Shown piece by piece: positions 41,963 to 52,480 of a DNA stretch of 64,000 nucleotides; within the stretch, counting starts at the first letter, position 1, and each line of letters starts with the position of its first letter. This DNA is from Candidatus Bathyarchaeota archaeon (lineage in GTDB: Archaea; Thermoproteota; Bathyarchaeia; Bathyarchaeales; Bathycorpusculaceae), in NCBI GenBank assembly GCA_963826715.1, contig CAWGYA010000006.1, positions 64,001-128,000 on the forward strand, written 5' to 3'. The notes beneath the pieces were generated by a model. It saw only the letters and a list, made by a program, of their open reading frames with translations. It was not told the DNA's origin and did not search any database. The position numbers and the translations under genes are program-made.

Positions 41963-42057
41963 CTTGTTATAAATGATTTTGCTTCCATAAAAACAATGGG
42001 AGTGTGAATTTGGCTTAAATTTAAAAGCGAAGAGACAAGCATATGCATTGATGAAAA

Positions 42058-42327
42058 ATGCCTGTCGATGAGGTTTCTGCATCTCCACCAACCGAACCAA
42101 AGAAAGTAAGCTTAAATGCAGTATTCTCTGCAATATCAAACCCGCTAAAAGTAATTCTTACTGAATCTGCAACCGTTATAGAGCATCCCAGCACGAAGGG
42201 CGATGCTAGTGAGTTTCAATGGGTCAAATGGTTGAAAACTTATCTTCCAAAGAGGTACTCAGCCGATAAAGGGTTCGTTATTGACTCAAGTGGAAGTTTA
42301 AGTGAACAGCAAGACATAATTATTTAG
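42058..42327 (+). pseudogene. Truncated NucC/DUF6602-type endonuclease
   Basis: HPSTKGDASE..W..WLKTYLPKRY.A..GFVIDS.G..SEQ.DIII, then stop. Confidence 0.8.
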
Positions 42328-42384
42328 TTAAGAAACCTTTTTACTAAATCTACTAATTATTAGGCCTACATTGATTTAGGTTTT

Positions 42385-42816
42385 TTATAAACCGCCTTTT
42401 CTCCATGTTTTAACTGTTTCAAAACAGAAGGCTACTGCACAAAAAAGGGTAACGCCAACAAAAAAGACATAGTCTTGAGTTAAGAAGGCTGGCTGAAAAT
42501 ATGTTAGCTCTATTGCAAGAGCAAAAAAGGCGAAAATTGAGTAAAATAGGAATCTTGGTATTAGAAAACGGCTAACTCTAATACAGTTCTCTAACAAGTT
42601 TTTGGTGATTGTATATTCACCGTTTGTTTTTTTAATAAGATCAATTTCCTCAAGCTTTGAGAGATGGTAAACTGCCAAAGATGGGCTGCTAAGATTTAGG
42701 GCTCTTTGAACTTCTCTTGCACCAACTGCCTTATTGTTCTTAATCATGAAACGATAAACTTCTAATGTGGTGCCTTTGAGCTTGTCTTGCGCTTGTTCAC
42801 TAACCAATACTGCCAT
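42385..42816 (-). CDS. HTH regulator with 2 C-terminal TMs
   Basis: GAREVQRALNLSSPSLA.YHL.KL followed by hydrophobic helices. Confidence 0.85.
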   Translation of the reverse strand: MAVLVSEQAQDKLKGTTLEVYRFMIKNNKAVGAREVQRALNLSSPSLAVYHLSKLEEIDLIKKTNGEYTITKNLLENCIRVSRFLIPRFLFYSIFAFFALAIELTYFQPAFLTQDYVFFVGVTLFCAVAFCFETVKTWRKGGL

Positions 42817-42950
42817 CCTCTTAACACCTAAGTGCTAAAAAGCTTGATTTAAGAGCTTTCATGTTCTACATTCTTGAACACCTGTTCAAAATAATAGCAT
42901 TAAGTAGCTAACCTTGCCCTGTAGTAACTAAAAAATTGAGGCGTGAAAAT

Positions 42951-43763
42951 ATGAGCGAACAAAAATCAAAAATATTCATGGTAATAATAATGGGGGTTGT
43001 TTCAGTTCTTCTAATAGCAGCAGTAAGTATCACATTTCCCGCAAGAGCTTTTATTCCTCTTGATATTGATTTTAAAGTTGGCGAAAAAATGGTTTATGAT
43101 AGCACACAAACAAGTGTATACTTTGGAGAAAATTCATCACAATCATCTTTATCAAATGTTGATTCTACAAAAGAAATAGTAGAAGTCACAGACTTTGACG
43201 GGCAAAGCTATACCTTAAATCATACTGTTCAGGATTTGAATCAAAGCATAAGAACCCTATTTACAGAAACATTGAGCACAACTGGTGCCTCTATTTTGCA
43301 TATCAAAATGGGAGATGATACCGTTAATGGAAGCGGGGGAAGGTATGCCTTTGTTCCTAACGTGTTAGAACTATTGACAAAGGAACCTCAAGCTAGAGTA
43401 GCTGATAGCTGGCGTATTGCATATGAATCTTCTAGCTCCGAATCGAGCGGTGATTTGATAATTACTTTCTATGGACTTGAAAACCTAACAGTGCCGGCAG
43501 GCACCTATAATGTGTTCAAAGTTGGAATTAAAAGTGATAACATTATACATCACAATGCTGTTTCGGTAAACGGCTTTGAAGCCAATATCGCTGAAGACTT
43601 TAACATCCAAATTTACTTTGAATATGGGTCATTACGACAGATTAAGTATAGCGCGCAAGGTTCTATCTCTATCGAGCCATCCATTGAGGATCAATCATTT
43701 CTGAGTAGGATACCCCGGGCTATCCAACAGGAAATGGTTTTGATAGAGGACATAAAACCTTAA
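42951..43763 (+). CDS. Secreted or anchored protein
   Basis: N-terminal TM; E.LTVPAGTY..FKV motif. Confidence 0.8.
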   Translation: MSEQKSKIFMVIIMGVVSVLLIAAVSITFPARAFIPLDIDFKVGEKMVYDSTQTSVYFGENSSQSSLSNVDSTKEIVEVTDFDGQSYTLNHTVQDLNQSIRTLFTETLSTTGASILHIKMGDDTVNGSGGRYAFVPNVLELLTKEPQARVADSWRIAYESSSSESSGDLIITFYGLENLTVPAGTYNVFKVGIKSDNIIHHNAVSVNGFEANIAEDFNIQIYFEYGSLRQIKYSAQGSISIEPSIEDQSFLSRIPRAIQQEMVLIEDIKP

Positions 43764-43770
43764 ACGAAAA

Positions 43771-45096
43771 GTGAATGGTATGAACAAGCAGAAAAAACAC
43801 AGAGGGCTAAAAACGAGCAAGAAACAAGCGTTAATTTCGAGTATTGCCATCCTATTTATTTTTCCACTTGTTACGGGTTTTCCGTTCCTTGTCGGATCTG
43901 TGGTCGCACAAAATCCATCAAACTATTACGTTACTGTGAGTTCAACAACATCAAACTTTCTCATGTATACACCTGTAGGAAGCGATTGGAATGTTTCATT
44001 TCAAGCACTATGGAGTTATGGAGGTAATTTGGGTCAACACATCAGTAATGCAACCGTCACTGTGCAAGTGTCTGGTTCAAAAAACGGAGCATTGACTGCT
44101 CTTCAACTCAATACTACCTCGGGGGTTTTTTCGTTTAATTACTCTTCATCAACAGCTGAAATCATAACTTTTACACCCACAAAATTGGTAACTCAAAATG
44201 GCACAGAATGGAAACCCACTCTTCTTGACTCAGGAAACAATATCTATGGTTTCCATTCTGAATCTGTTGTTGTATGGTGGGACACTTTTAATGTCTCTTT
44301 GGTTGACTCTAATACTGATACTCTAGGCAATGCCGGCGTCACCGTCAATGTTACTTACCTATTGCTACCAGAAGAAGGCTTAACCTTGCCCAGAGAGGCA
44401 ACTTATTCAAATCAAACGTTTCTGCTAAAAAATGTTCAAGGTGCAAACGTAGTTATCAACGGTGTTAACGCTCAAGAAATTCAACCCGGTCTATATTTTG
44501 CTAATGTATCTATCTGGTTACCCACAACATATGTTCACGTTGCTGTATCCCAGGAAGATTGGATTACAACCCACACTGGTTTTAGCTTTGCCCATCTATC
44601 CAATGAGTCTATTTGGATGTATACTATTTTGTTTAGTTCAATGTCTGGAGTTGCCATTCTGTTCGTCTTTGGGTTTATTTTTCGAAAAACAAGAAATAAT
44701 CCCCTGTTGTTTAGGCGTCAGAATTATCCGTTTTACGGCGGTGTTCTGATAGCGATCTGTTCGATTATTAGCTTTTATTGGGGGTTAGTTGGGATCGATG
44801 GATTTTTACATGGTTTTGATTGGATTTTTTTTGCAATATTGGGCATATTATCCTCTATTGTAGCAATTATTGGCGCTATAGTATCTCTACTAAGAAAACA
44901 TCAAGCATTAGCCATATTTGCACCAATTCTGCCGATTTTTTTAAATATGGCGGGTATAAACGTTTTTCTAGATAGTTATCAGTTATCAAGCCCTTGGTTA
45001 ATACTGATTGCTTCATTTGTCATGGCTTCGCTTAGCGGATTTTTAATTTGTAACTCGGACAAATATTTTGATGCTAAGCAAAATCCGGACAGCTAA
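43771..45096 (+). CDS. Surface/membrane protein with C-terminal TMs
   Basis: Signal peptide, S/T-rich beta domains, 5 TMs. Confidence 0.8.
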   Translation: MNGMNKQKKHRGLKTSKKQALISSIAILFIFPLVTGFPFLVGSVVAQNPSNYYVTVSSTTSNFLMYTPVGSDWNVSFQALWSYGGNLGQHISNATVTVQVSGSKNGALTALQLNTTSGVFSFNYSSSTAEIITFTPTKLVTQNGTEWKPTLLDSGNNIYGFHSESVVVWWDTFNVSLVDSNTDTLGNAGVTVNVTYLLLPEEGLTLPREATYSNQTFLLKNVQGANVVINGVNAQEIQPGLYFANVSIWLPTTYVHVAVSQEDWITTHTGFSFAHLSNESIWMYTILFSSMSGVAILFVFGFIFRKTRNNPLLFRRQNYPFYGGVLIAICSIISFYWGLVGIDGFLHGFDWIFFAILGILSSIVAIIGAIVSLLRKHQALAIFAPILPIFLNMAGINVFLDSYQLSSPWLILIASFVMASLSGFLICNSDKYFDAKQNPDS

Positions 45097-45832
45097 AATG
45101 AATTGTTAATGTCGATGAACTAGCTGGGTTTAGATTTTGAATCCTCTTAGTTAGGCGTGAAAGTAAGAAAAAGAATAGGCTAAAAAAAAATAAAAAAAGG
45201 GGAGTGGGTTGTTATGGACAAATAAAAGCAACGTATAAGAAGTATGCATCAATCCACGATACTTCAAACCAGCCTGATGCCATGGCTGCAAATACAACGT
45301 CAACATCTAAGCTGTCACCGGATTGAACGTTAAGACCTGTAAAGGTAAACTGGTCTTCTGAAGTTATTCTTGATTTAGATTGCACACCTTGATAGTAGCC
45401 ATTTACATAGAGTTTGACTAACATCATCATCAAATTCAACAACAACCACTTCAACACCAACCCCAACTAACTCATTGGGCAATCCAGTTTCTGTGCCTTT
45501 GGATACATTGATTGTGGTTGTCGTAATCTTCTAGCTATAATTGCTGCTCTATCACTATTACTTTTTAGAAGGCAACGAAAAACCATCTCTCAAAGTAAAG
45601 GATCTTTTCCAGCGATGCGGTGGGTTTGAACGGTTTGATTCTTTAGTTTGACCCCAAAGTAATATACAATCAGATAGCCTCCAATTGCCCCTATTACTTC
45701 TATTGGAAACCACGTCCAATCTAAATAGCCTTAAGACAAATAGAGTTGCGGATAAACACAAGCCCAAGTAGGAAGCAAAAATATGGAATTTAACCACATC
45801 TCTGCTTTGTTTGGGGAACTCTTTTTTGGACA

Positions 45833-46558
45833 CTACTTGAACTCCGCTCGTGTTTTCAAAATGAGGAAAATACTTAGTATCAGGGCTATAATCATTGGTA
45901 GTCCAAGAATCATGGCAAAAAGAATACCAGTAAACCCCGAGCCTGTAGTCGCATAGAAGGTTATTGTACTAGCAACAGCTGGAACTAATAATAAACCATT
46001 AACCAGAAGTGTAAAAGTATAGCGATTTCGTCTTATAGCAGAAATTCCAGCCCATAATCCAAGAGCAAACAGGGGAAATGCGAATGCCGCTATAATCAAC
46101 CAAGTAATTTCTCTAGGGTCACCCAATTGTACACCATCAAGAATATTCCTGCCAAAACCAGTCCCTCCCATGCCTAAAAAAAGGATAAACATGAAGCGAA
46201 GATTGTTAGAGTCCCTGCAAACACAAGAAAATGGGACCGTTTCTGTGTCTTCTTAGCTTTTTCTAGGTATTCTTCATAGCCATTTTCAAGGTGCTCCAGA
46301 CATTGAATAGAGTCCCCTCAAAGCTTTTTCTCCTAGAGGAGTTAAGATATACCTCCCTTGAGTATTCTTAGAAATTAAGCCCTCAAGTTGTCGTAGATGA
46401 TAATTCAGCGAGCCAGAATTAAGACCTGTTTCACCCAATATGTCACTATAAATTGCCCCATCTTTTGCAAGTTTAATTATTATTACAATTGTTCGTCTTT
46501 CTTTATTGTTTAGTCCTTGAAAAATTACCTCTTCGATATCGGGGTCGTAATCTTGCAT
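45833..46558 (-). pseudogene. HTH-plus-membrane regulator, two frameshifts
   Basis: SGSLNYHLRQL..YILTPLG, then HLENGYEEYLEKAKK in another frame, then the TM ORF 45833-46192. Confidence 0.7.
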
Positions 46559-46831
46559 GAGTAATTCCTAAGCTTGATTCATGAACTATATTGCTTAAAT
46601 CACTTTTGAGAATAGAACTTATGACAACAAATCTTTTCATTGACAAAGCAATTATTATCATATTGATTGGTCTTAAATTCCTCTACAATCTATCCTATTG
46701 GGCAATCAAAAATAGCTATAATGAAGAATCCGATAAGCAACTCATTGAGGATTCAAAGGAAGATTCAAAAGGTGACGGATTACGCCTATTCTATGACTCC
46801 CCTTATTCCCTGAAGAGATAGATGAAGACTG

Positions 46832-47260
46832 CTAACTACCTTTTCCTATGAGAGAGGGTATCGGGTGTCTGCCGTTCCCAATTTTGCTAAGCATTACTAT
46901 GCTTTCAAGGGAAAGAACTATACCTAAAAAACCTAAAACAATTGAATAAGTATGAAAATTGAACTCAGTCATATAAGGAAAAACAGGAAGTAAAGGAATA
47001 ACTAAAATAACCAGCCCAAAAAGGATTTGACCACTCAACCCGATAATAATTTGTTTTACTCTTTGGCTTATTCTTTGAATTGCAGAAATACCAATCATGT
47101 AAAGACCAAGAAAGATAAGAGGTAACCCCAACAGCAAATAAGGCTTAGAGTTACCAACAGATGTACCTGATAATGGCGTTCCAGTTAAAATAAGAAAAAT
47201 TCCCGTTAATATCAAAATCCAAAAAGTAAGCTTTTTTTCCTTTCTACTACTATTAGCCAT
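46832..47260 (-). CDS. 4-TM membrane protein
   Basis: Hydrophobic ORF. Confidence 0.65.
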   Translation of the reverse strand: MANSSRKEKKLTFWILILTGIFLILTGTPLSGTSVGNSKPYLLLGLPLIFLGLYMIGISAIQRISQRVKQIIIGLSGQILFGLVILVIPLLPVFPYMTEFNFHTYSIVLGFLGIVLSLESIVMLSKIGNGRHPIPSLIGKGS

Positions 47261-47418
47261 TGATATCCAAATTAACTATTTTTTCACCAAATTAATACTT
47301 TGTTAAAGTATAGAGGTTAGGTATTAAGATAGCTAAATTTGGTTCTTGCTAGAAGGGATTTTGAGAAATCGAATGACCATAGCAACTAATAGCAGACATA
47401 CAAGACTTCCTATCTATG

Positions 47419-47506
47419 AGGGGTAAGTTTTCTATCGTTTTTTACCCCTAATCCTATTATTTACTTTATTTTACGAGGGGTAACTTTTGCTACATTTTTT
47501 ACCCCT
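47419..47506. repeat. Two AGGGGTAA-N15-TTACCCCT palindromes
   Basis: 47419-47449 and 47476-47506. Confidence 0.85.
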
Positions 47507-47819
47507 TGCTACTATATCTATATCCAAACCATCCTAAACCATAAGAACCATCCTTTACTTAGGTAACAACTGTAACAGTTTGGTTTGGTTTGGTTGGACT
47601 AGATTTTAATCCTCCAAATATCCGCCCTAAATATTTTTCATCAAGTTTCTAAGAAAGGCAAAGAGTTAGAATAGTCGCCCTTTTGTCTTAGAAAAGTCTT
47701 AGACTTTTGCAAATAACCTACAATATTTAATGTTACTGTAACTGTACAACCACAAAACTAAATATACTAAATTTTGTTCCCTTTAAACAAGCAACATAAA
47801 AATTTTGGTGAATAATAAA

Positions 47820-48590
47820 ATGGTAAAATCAAAGATTTTTGTTTTAACTCTAATAGTTACACTATTAGCTTTAGCAACAGTTTGCTTTAGTGCACAGGCC
47901 CAAAGTCAAGCAACAGTAATAATTGCAGACTCCGTTGGCGGAACAACCGATCCAGCAGCTGGAACCGCAACTTATCCAGACGCAACACAATTAACTTTTA
48001 CAGCTACCCCTGACGATTCATTTGAATTCCAATATTGGGTGATTTCCACCTCTGATGGAAGCAGTTCTTCTCCTGAAAATCCTGTAACTATCCCTGTTTC
48101 TGGTGGAGTAACATATAATGTGCAAGCAATCTTCCAGGAAATCCAAGCTGTTCCAGGTCAAACTCTTCCTAATAATCTTGATACTGCAGCTATCGTTGTT
48201 ATCTTGCCTGGAAATGGTGGAACAACAAGTCCTGCACCAGGAACTTATGCTTTAGCCGACGCCAGCCAACTCATGCTTGTTGCAGCACCTTCAAGCGGCT
48301 GGCAATTTTCATATTGGGTAATTTCAGGCACTCCAATGAATCATGGAGCATACTCTTTTACAGCTACCCCAACCGATAACCCTTACACAGTAGACCATGG
48401 CTACGGAAACACCTACAGCTATCAACCAGTCTTTACTCCAATAGGCTCCGATATGCAAACTCCAACACCTACACCTGCAGGAACATCAACTGGCGGAATT
48501 TCGATGGAAACAGCTATAATAATTGGATTAGTGGTTGTAATAGTCATTATTCTGATTGCTTTCGGATTCTATGCTATGAAAAAGAAATAA
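47820..48590 (+). CDS. Surface protein with two InlB-B/Flg_new-like repeats
   Basis: GGTT.PA.GT..Y...A.P...F.YWVIS twice; PT linker, TM, KKK tail. Confidence 0.85.
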   Translation: MVKSKIFVLTLIVTLLALATVCFSAQAQSQATVIIADSVGGTTDPAAGTATYPDATQLTFTATPDDSFEFQYWVISTSDGSSSSPENPVTIPVSGGVTYNVQAIFQEIQAVPGQTLPNNLDTAAIVVILPGNGGTTSPAPGTYALADASQLMLVAAPSSGWQFSYWVISGTPMNHGAYSFTATPTDNPYTVDHGYGNTYSYQPVFTPIGSDMQTPTPTPAGTSTGGISMETAIIIGLVVVIVIILIAFGFYAMKKK

Positions 48591-48836
48591 AAAGCCTTGA
48601 TTGCTTCTCTTTTTTTCTTAATCACATTTTGTATACCTCGGTAACAATACAATTTATATACGATTTTAAGTGAAGAAGAAAAATTCATTTTTCGCTAAAA
48701 GGTTACCCTAAATTCCCAAAAACTACTAGCGGTACTTATTTTTAGAAGCCTTGAACTTTTATTTCTTGCAGTAAGTGTAGGGCGGTTTTCGATGCTCTGG
48801 ATAATTATGGCGTTTGCCCTTGTCAGCTCTTGCTGT

Positions 48837-48930
48837 ACTCCGCGTTTTTTGCGGGGCTTAAAACCTGAAACTAAAACATTGGAGCTAACCAACTTTTGAA
48901 AGTTACAAAAAGGAAAATGGGGTTGCGGGT
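48837..48930 (+). repeat. Subterminal sequence shared with 26757-26855
   Basis: Direct sequence similarity. Confidence 0.85.
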
Positions 48931-48949
48931 GAAATCACCAGATTTGCAT

Positions 48950-48973
48950 GTTCAAACCCCGCCCTCAGCACCA
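48950..48973 (+). mobile_element. att-like tRNA 3' fragment
   Basis: GTTCAAACCCCGCCCTCAGCACCA (T-loop, acceptor 3' strand, CCA) with no 5' half. Confidence 0.75.
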
Positions 48974-49494
48974 TCGAATACTTTTCAGATATTTTGGTAT
49001 GAGAATTTTGAATAAAGCTGTATACAAAATTGTCATGCGGACAAAATTGGTTAAAATTTGGTTTGCTAAGTTTGTTTACGTCTTCTATCAGACATTATTT
49101 AATATTTAAACCACTAAAGTCATGCCAAAAACTCAGACGAGTTATACATGGATTGTAACTCTAACTGACTAAAGTTTAATCAAATTAGCAATTTAATATA
49201 AAGTTAGTCAAAAATTATAGGAGTATTATTCGTTTCGTTGTGTCTCCTTGGATAATTTTAAGTTGTTTTCCAATTGGGAAAACAAAACCCGCGACTCTAA
49301 TGAGAATTCGACCATGTGTTGGGCAAGCGAAAATATTTTTCCAAAGCGAAAGTCAGCCTTTCGCATTTTTTTAAAGCTAAGTTTCTTTTGTTACCTTCAT
49401 GGAGATTTTGATGGTAGTTTTATCAACCACATACCATGAATTTGTTTTAAAAACTCTTATGTACTTGAGAAATCATACTGCAAAGTGATGCGTT

Positions 49495-49875
49495 ATGGAT
49501 ACCGACACAGAGACCAAAATCAAGCAGGACCTTCTATCTGAGATCCAAATCCTCGAGCAGAATTACAGTGTGCTTTCAGGTTTCATTTCAGGCACCGATA
49601 ATGACCCTGTCACCGTTGGCAATAGCATACAAGCCTTCAAAGACAGCCTAAGTCGTTCCAGCGCCTTTGTACTTGCCCTATACAACCTTAAGGGCAGACG
49701 TGTTAACATACCTTGGGAACCGCTTTTCACCAGCCTCGATTATGCGTTGGCGACAATCTCCGTTTCGACGACCATCAAGCAACGAGATGCCGTGAGAACG
49801 ATTTTGGCTATGTCGTGGGAGCAAATGAGACAAGTTCTCGCCTACTTTGAAGCTCTAAAAGAAACCCTGAAATAA
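49495..49875 (+). CDS. Hypothetical helical protein
   Basis: 126-aa ORF. Confidence 0.75.
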   Translation: MDTDTETKIKQDLLSEIQILEQNYSVLSGFISGTDNDPVTVGNSIQAFKDSLSRSSAFVLALYNLKGRRVNIPWEPLFTSLDYALATISVSTTIKQRDAVRTILAMSWEQMRQVLAYFEALKETLK

Positions 49876-49944
49876 CCCTATTTCTGAATAAAGCATTCTT
49901 TATTTGGTAATAACTTTATTTAACAATCAAATCAGGTGCATAAC

Positions 49945-50304
49945 ATGGCCTATCTACGCGACGAAAATGAAAAGGTGGAGATAGACTACCCCATAGAGAA
50001 GATCTGGGCTACTATCCCTGCAGCAGTGAAGACACTTGGATGGACAATCGAGGAAAAAGACGACTGCGCATACAAACTAAAGATCAAAACTAAAAGCGGT
50101 TTCCTCTCTTATGGCAGTGTTATATCTCTGGAAACTAAATCGGTAGATGAGAAAACCACACGGATGACCTTAACAGCACAAACGCCAGTAACCACCATAA
50201 CATCAATGGCAGATTTTGGTAGAACACGTGACCGAATAGACATTTTCATAGAAGCATTAGCAAAACAGATAGACAAAGAAAAGAAAACAAAGAAGCCTAA
50301 ATAG
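49945..50304 (+). CDS. Hypothetical protein
   Basis: ORF with AGGTG RBS. Confidence 0.75.
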   Translation: MAYLRDENEKVEIDYPIEKIWATIPAAVKTLGWTIEEKDDCAYKLKIKTKSGFLSYGSVISLETKSVDEKTTRMTLTAQTPVTTITSMADFGRTRDRIDIFIEALAKQIDKEKKTKKPK

Positions 50305-50307
50305 GTC

Positions 50308-51246
50308 CTACTCTGATATCTCCCAACGCTTAAACGCGAACAATGCGACTATCAGGAAAACCTCTATGTATAGAGCGGCGACGGCTATGGATCGCAAGGT
50401 TATGTTTCCTATTGATTCAGTATATAGCAACGTTGGCTGCGAAGTGAAGTTAAATAGGTCTCCGTGGTAAAAGCTAACTGTTGAATTGGGATAGAGAATT
50501 GATTTTATGATGTTACCACCTATACTGTCTGTCCCAGTTGATACTGACGAGAAAGTGTTGACAGTTACGTTTGCGATTGTTATGTTTTGTCCGCCAGGGA
50601 TGTTTAGGGTTCCCGATGCACCACTACCAGGAATATAGTTCAGTGCTCCAGGATCAGAGGATAACTGAGAAACTATTCCTCCACCGATTAGTAAGGCTAC
50701 AAACAAACCGAATGTGGTTAGGATGGCGAGCAGCGAGTTTTTTGAAATAGTACCTGCTGCTAAAACAACGCCTACCCAGATGAAAGTACCCAATAGATCA
50801 CCTAATAAGGCCAAAGGCGCCAAGTAGAGATCGTTTTGGGGACCGTAAACGAGTATACCGCCCACTGTGGTATAAGTGAATAGCACGCTGTAAGTAATCA
50901 GCAGTACTATGAAAATGGCGAAGAGTTTACCAAAGAAAACCATCGAACGCGACACTGGCTTAGTTAGTAATGGAACGATTGTGCCTTTTTCATATTCACC
51001 TGAAAGGCTATACATTGAAGTAACTATGGCAAAGAGGACAAACGTTATGCTTCCGGCACTGAAGGTTACTGCGAAATATGGATTTTGTTCGACACCGAAT
51101 GATGCGGGCAACGCGAGATTTATGGTAGCGAAGATAAATGCGAATATTAACGCACCTATGAACATTTTTTTGCGAATGTTCCAAAGCATCTCGTATCGGA
51201 CAATTGCCCAAAATCGTGTCAACCAGCTAGGATGTTGAGTTAACAC
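50308..51246 (-). CDS. ABC-2 permease
   Basis: GEYEKGT..LL.KP.SR...GK. Confidence 0.9.
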   Translation of the reverse strand: MLTQHPSWLTRFWAIVRYEMLWNIRKKMFIGALIFAFIFATINLALPASFGVEQNPYFAVTFSAGSITFVLFAIVTSMYSLSGEYEKGTIVPLLTKPVSRSMVFFGKLFAIFIVLLITYSVLFTYTTVGGILVYGPQNDLYLAPLALLGDLLGTFIWVGVVLAAGTISKNSLLAILTTFGLFVALLIGGGIVSQLSSDPGALNYIPGSGASGTLNIPGGQNITIANVTVNTFSSVSTGTDSIGGNIIKSILYPNSTVSFYHGDLFNFTSQPTLLYTESIGNITLRSIAVAALYIEVFLIVALFAFKRWEISE

Positions 51247-52191
51247 TTACTGTTTACCTCCTTGTGGTTTGTTGATTAGTTGTATAAATACATCTTCTAA
51301 ACTGTGCCCCTTCTGAGTCATGCCTACGATGACGCCCCCAGCGCCCGTTATCGCCTGAGAAACATGTACCCTTACATCCTCAGCAGTTGAGAGTGTAATG
51401 TTTAGAATGTTACCGTTTCGGGCAGCTTCCTTAACATAAGTTAACTTTTTCACAGCTTCAGTTACTGCACCAGTAAGGTGCATCACCTCAACCCGAATTG
51501 AGGCAGGACCCGAAATCATGTTCGAAACAGTCTCCAAGGTATCGGAGACGAGAGCTTGTCCACGATTGATTATGGTTACGTGACTGCAAATTTGCTCAAC
51601 TTCATAGAGTAAATGGGACGAAACCAGAACTGTCATACCACCTTTGGAAATCGCTTTGACGAGTTCACGAACTTCCACCATACCTACAGGGTCTAAGCCG
51701 ATACTGGGTTCGTCAAGAACCACGAGTTCAGGGTTGCCAAGTAGTGCCTGAGCAATACCAATGCGCTGTTGCATGCCCTTGCTGTATTTTCCGATTAAAT
51801 CGTTTTCTCTACCTCTCAAACCGACGAGTTCAATCAATTTGGAGATCTGCTGTTTTAGTTCCTCTTTTGGGATGCCGTACATTCGACCGTAAATGTCTAA
51901 AAGCTCAGAGCCTTTTAGGTGCTTGGGAAACTTGGGCAGTTCAGGCATATAGCCGATTTTAAGCCTTTCGTCTGCTTGATCAACGTGGACTTTATGACCT
52001 AGCACATTCGCAGTGCCTGAAGTTGCTTTAAGTAATCCAACCAGAATCTTGATGGTTGTGGATTTACCTGCGCCGTTGGGACCTAAAAATCCGTGAATGC
52101 TGCCACGTTCAACTTTAAGGTTGAGTTTGTTCACAGCGATAAGTGAGCCATATTGTTTGGTAAGGTCGATTGTTTCGACTGCATACTCCAA
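51247..52191 (-). CDS. ABC ATPase
   Basis: GPNGAGKST, YSKGM, LDEP. Confidence 0.95.
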   Translation of the reverse strand: MEYAVETIDLTKQYGSLIAVNKLNLKVERGSIHGFLGPNGAGKSTTIKILVGLLKATSGTANVLGHKVHVDQADERLKIGYMPELPKFPKHLKGSELLDIYGRMYGIPKEELKQQISKLIELVGLRGRENDLIGKYSKGMQQRIGIAQALLGNPELVVLDEPSIGLDPVGMVEVRELVKAISKGGMTVLVSSHLLYEVEQICSHVTIINRGQALVSDTLETVSNMISGPASIRVEVMHLTGAVTEAVKKLTYVKEAARNGNILNITLSTAEDVRVHVSQAITGAGGVIVGMTQKGHSLEDVFIQLINKPQGGKQ

Positions 52192-52480
52192 GTTTGAGCA
52201 CTCCCATAAATGTTAGGAGACATTTTTAATATAAGTGAATCGATTGTTTGATTTACTATTGATTTCTGCACCCGCATTTTTTCAGGGCGTGGATTTTTAA
52301 CTTTGTTAATGATGTTTTTTAACAGATAGAATTATCTTGATTTGCTTGATTAAATAATTATCAAGTCTTAAAGACATCAACAAGAAGGCAGCTAAACCTA
52401 AGTTATGCATTATATTGGCATAAAAACGTGCATAATGCATTATAGGTAATAAGACCTTTGTCAAAGAGAGTTGATAGCCC

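Noticed and set aside
47419-47600. CRISPR array or chromosomal oriC
   Set aside because: Only two units, no unique spacers or cas genes; no ORB consensus or cdc6
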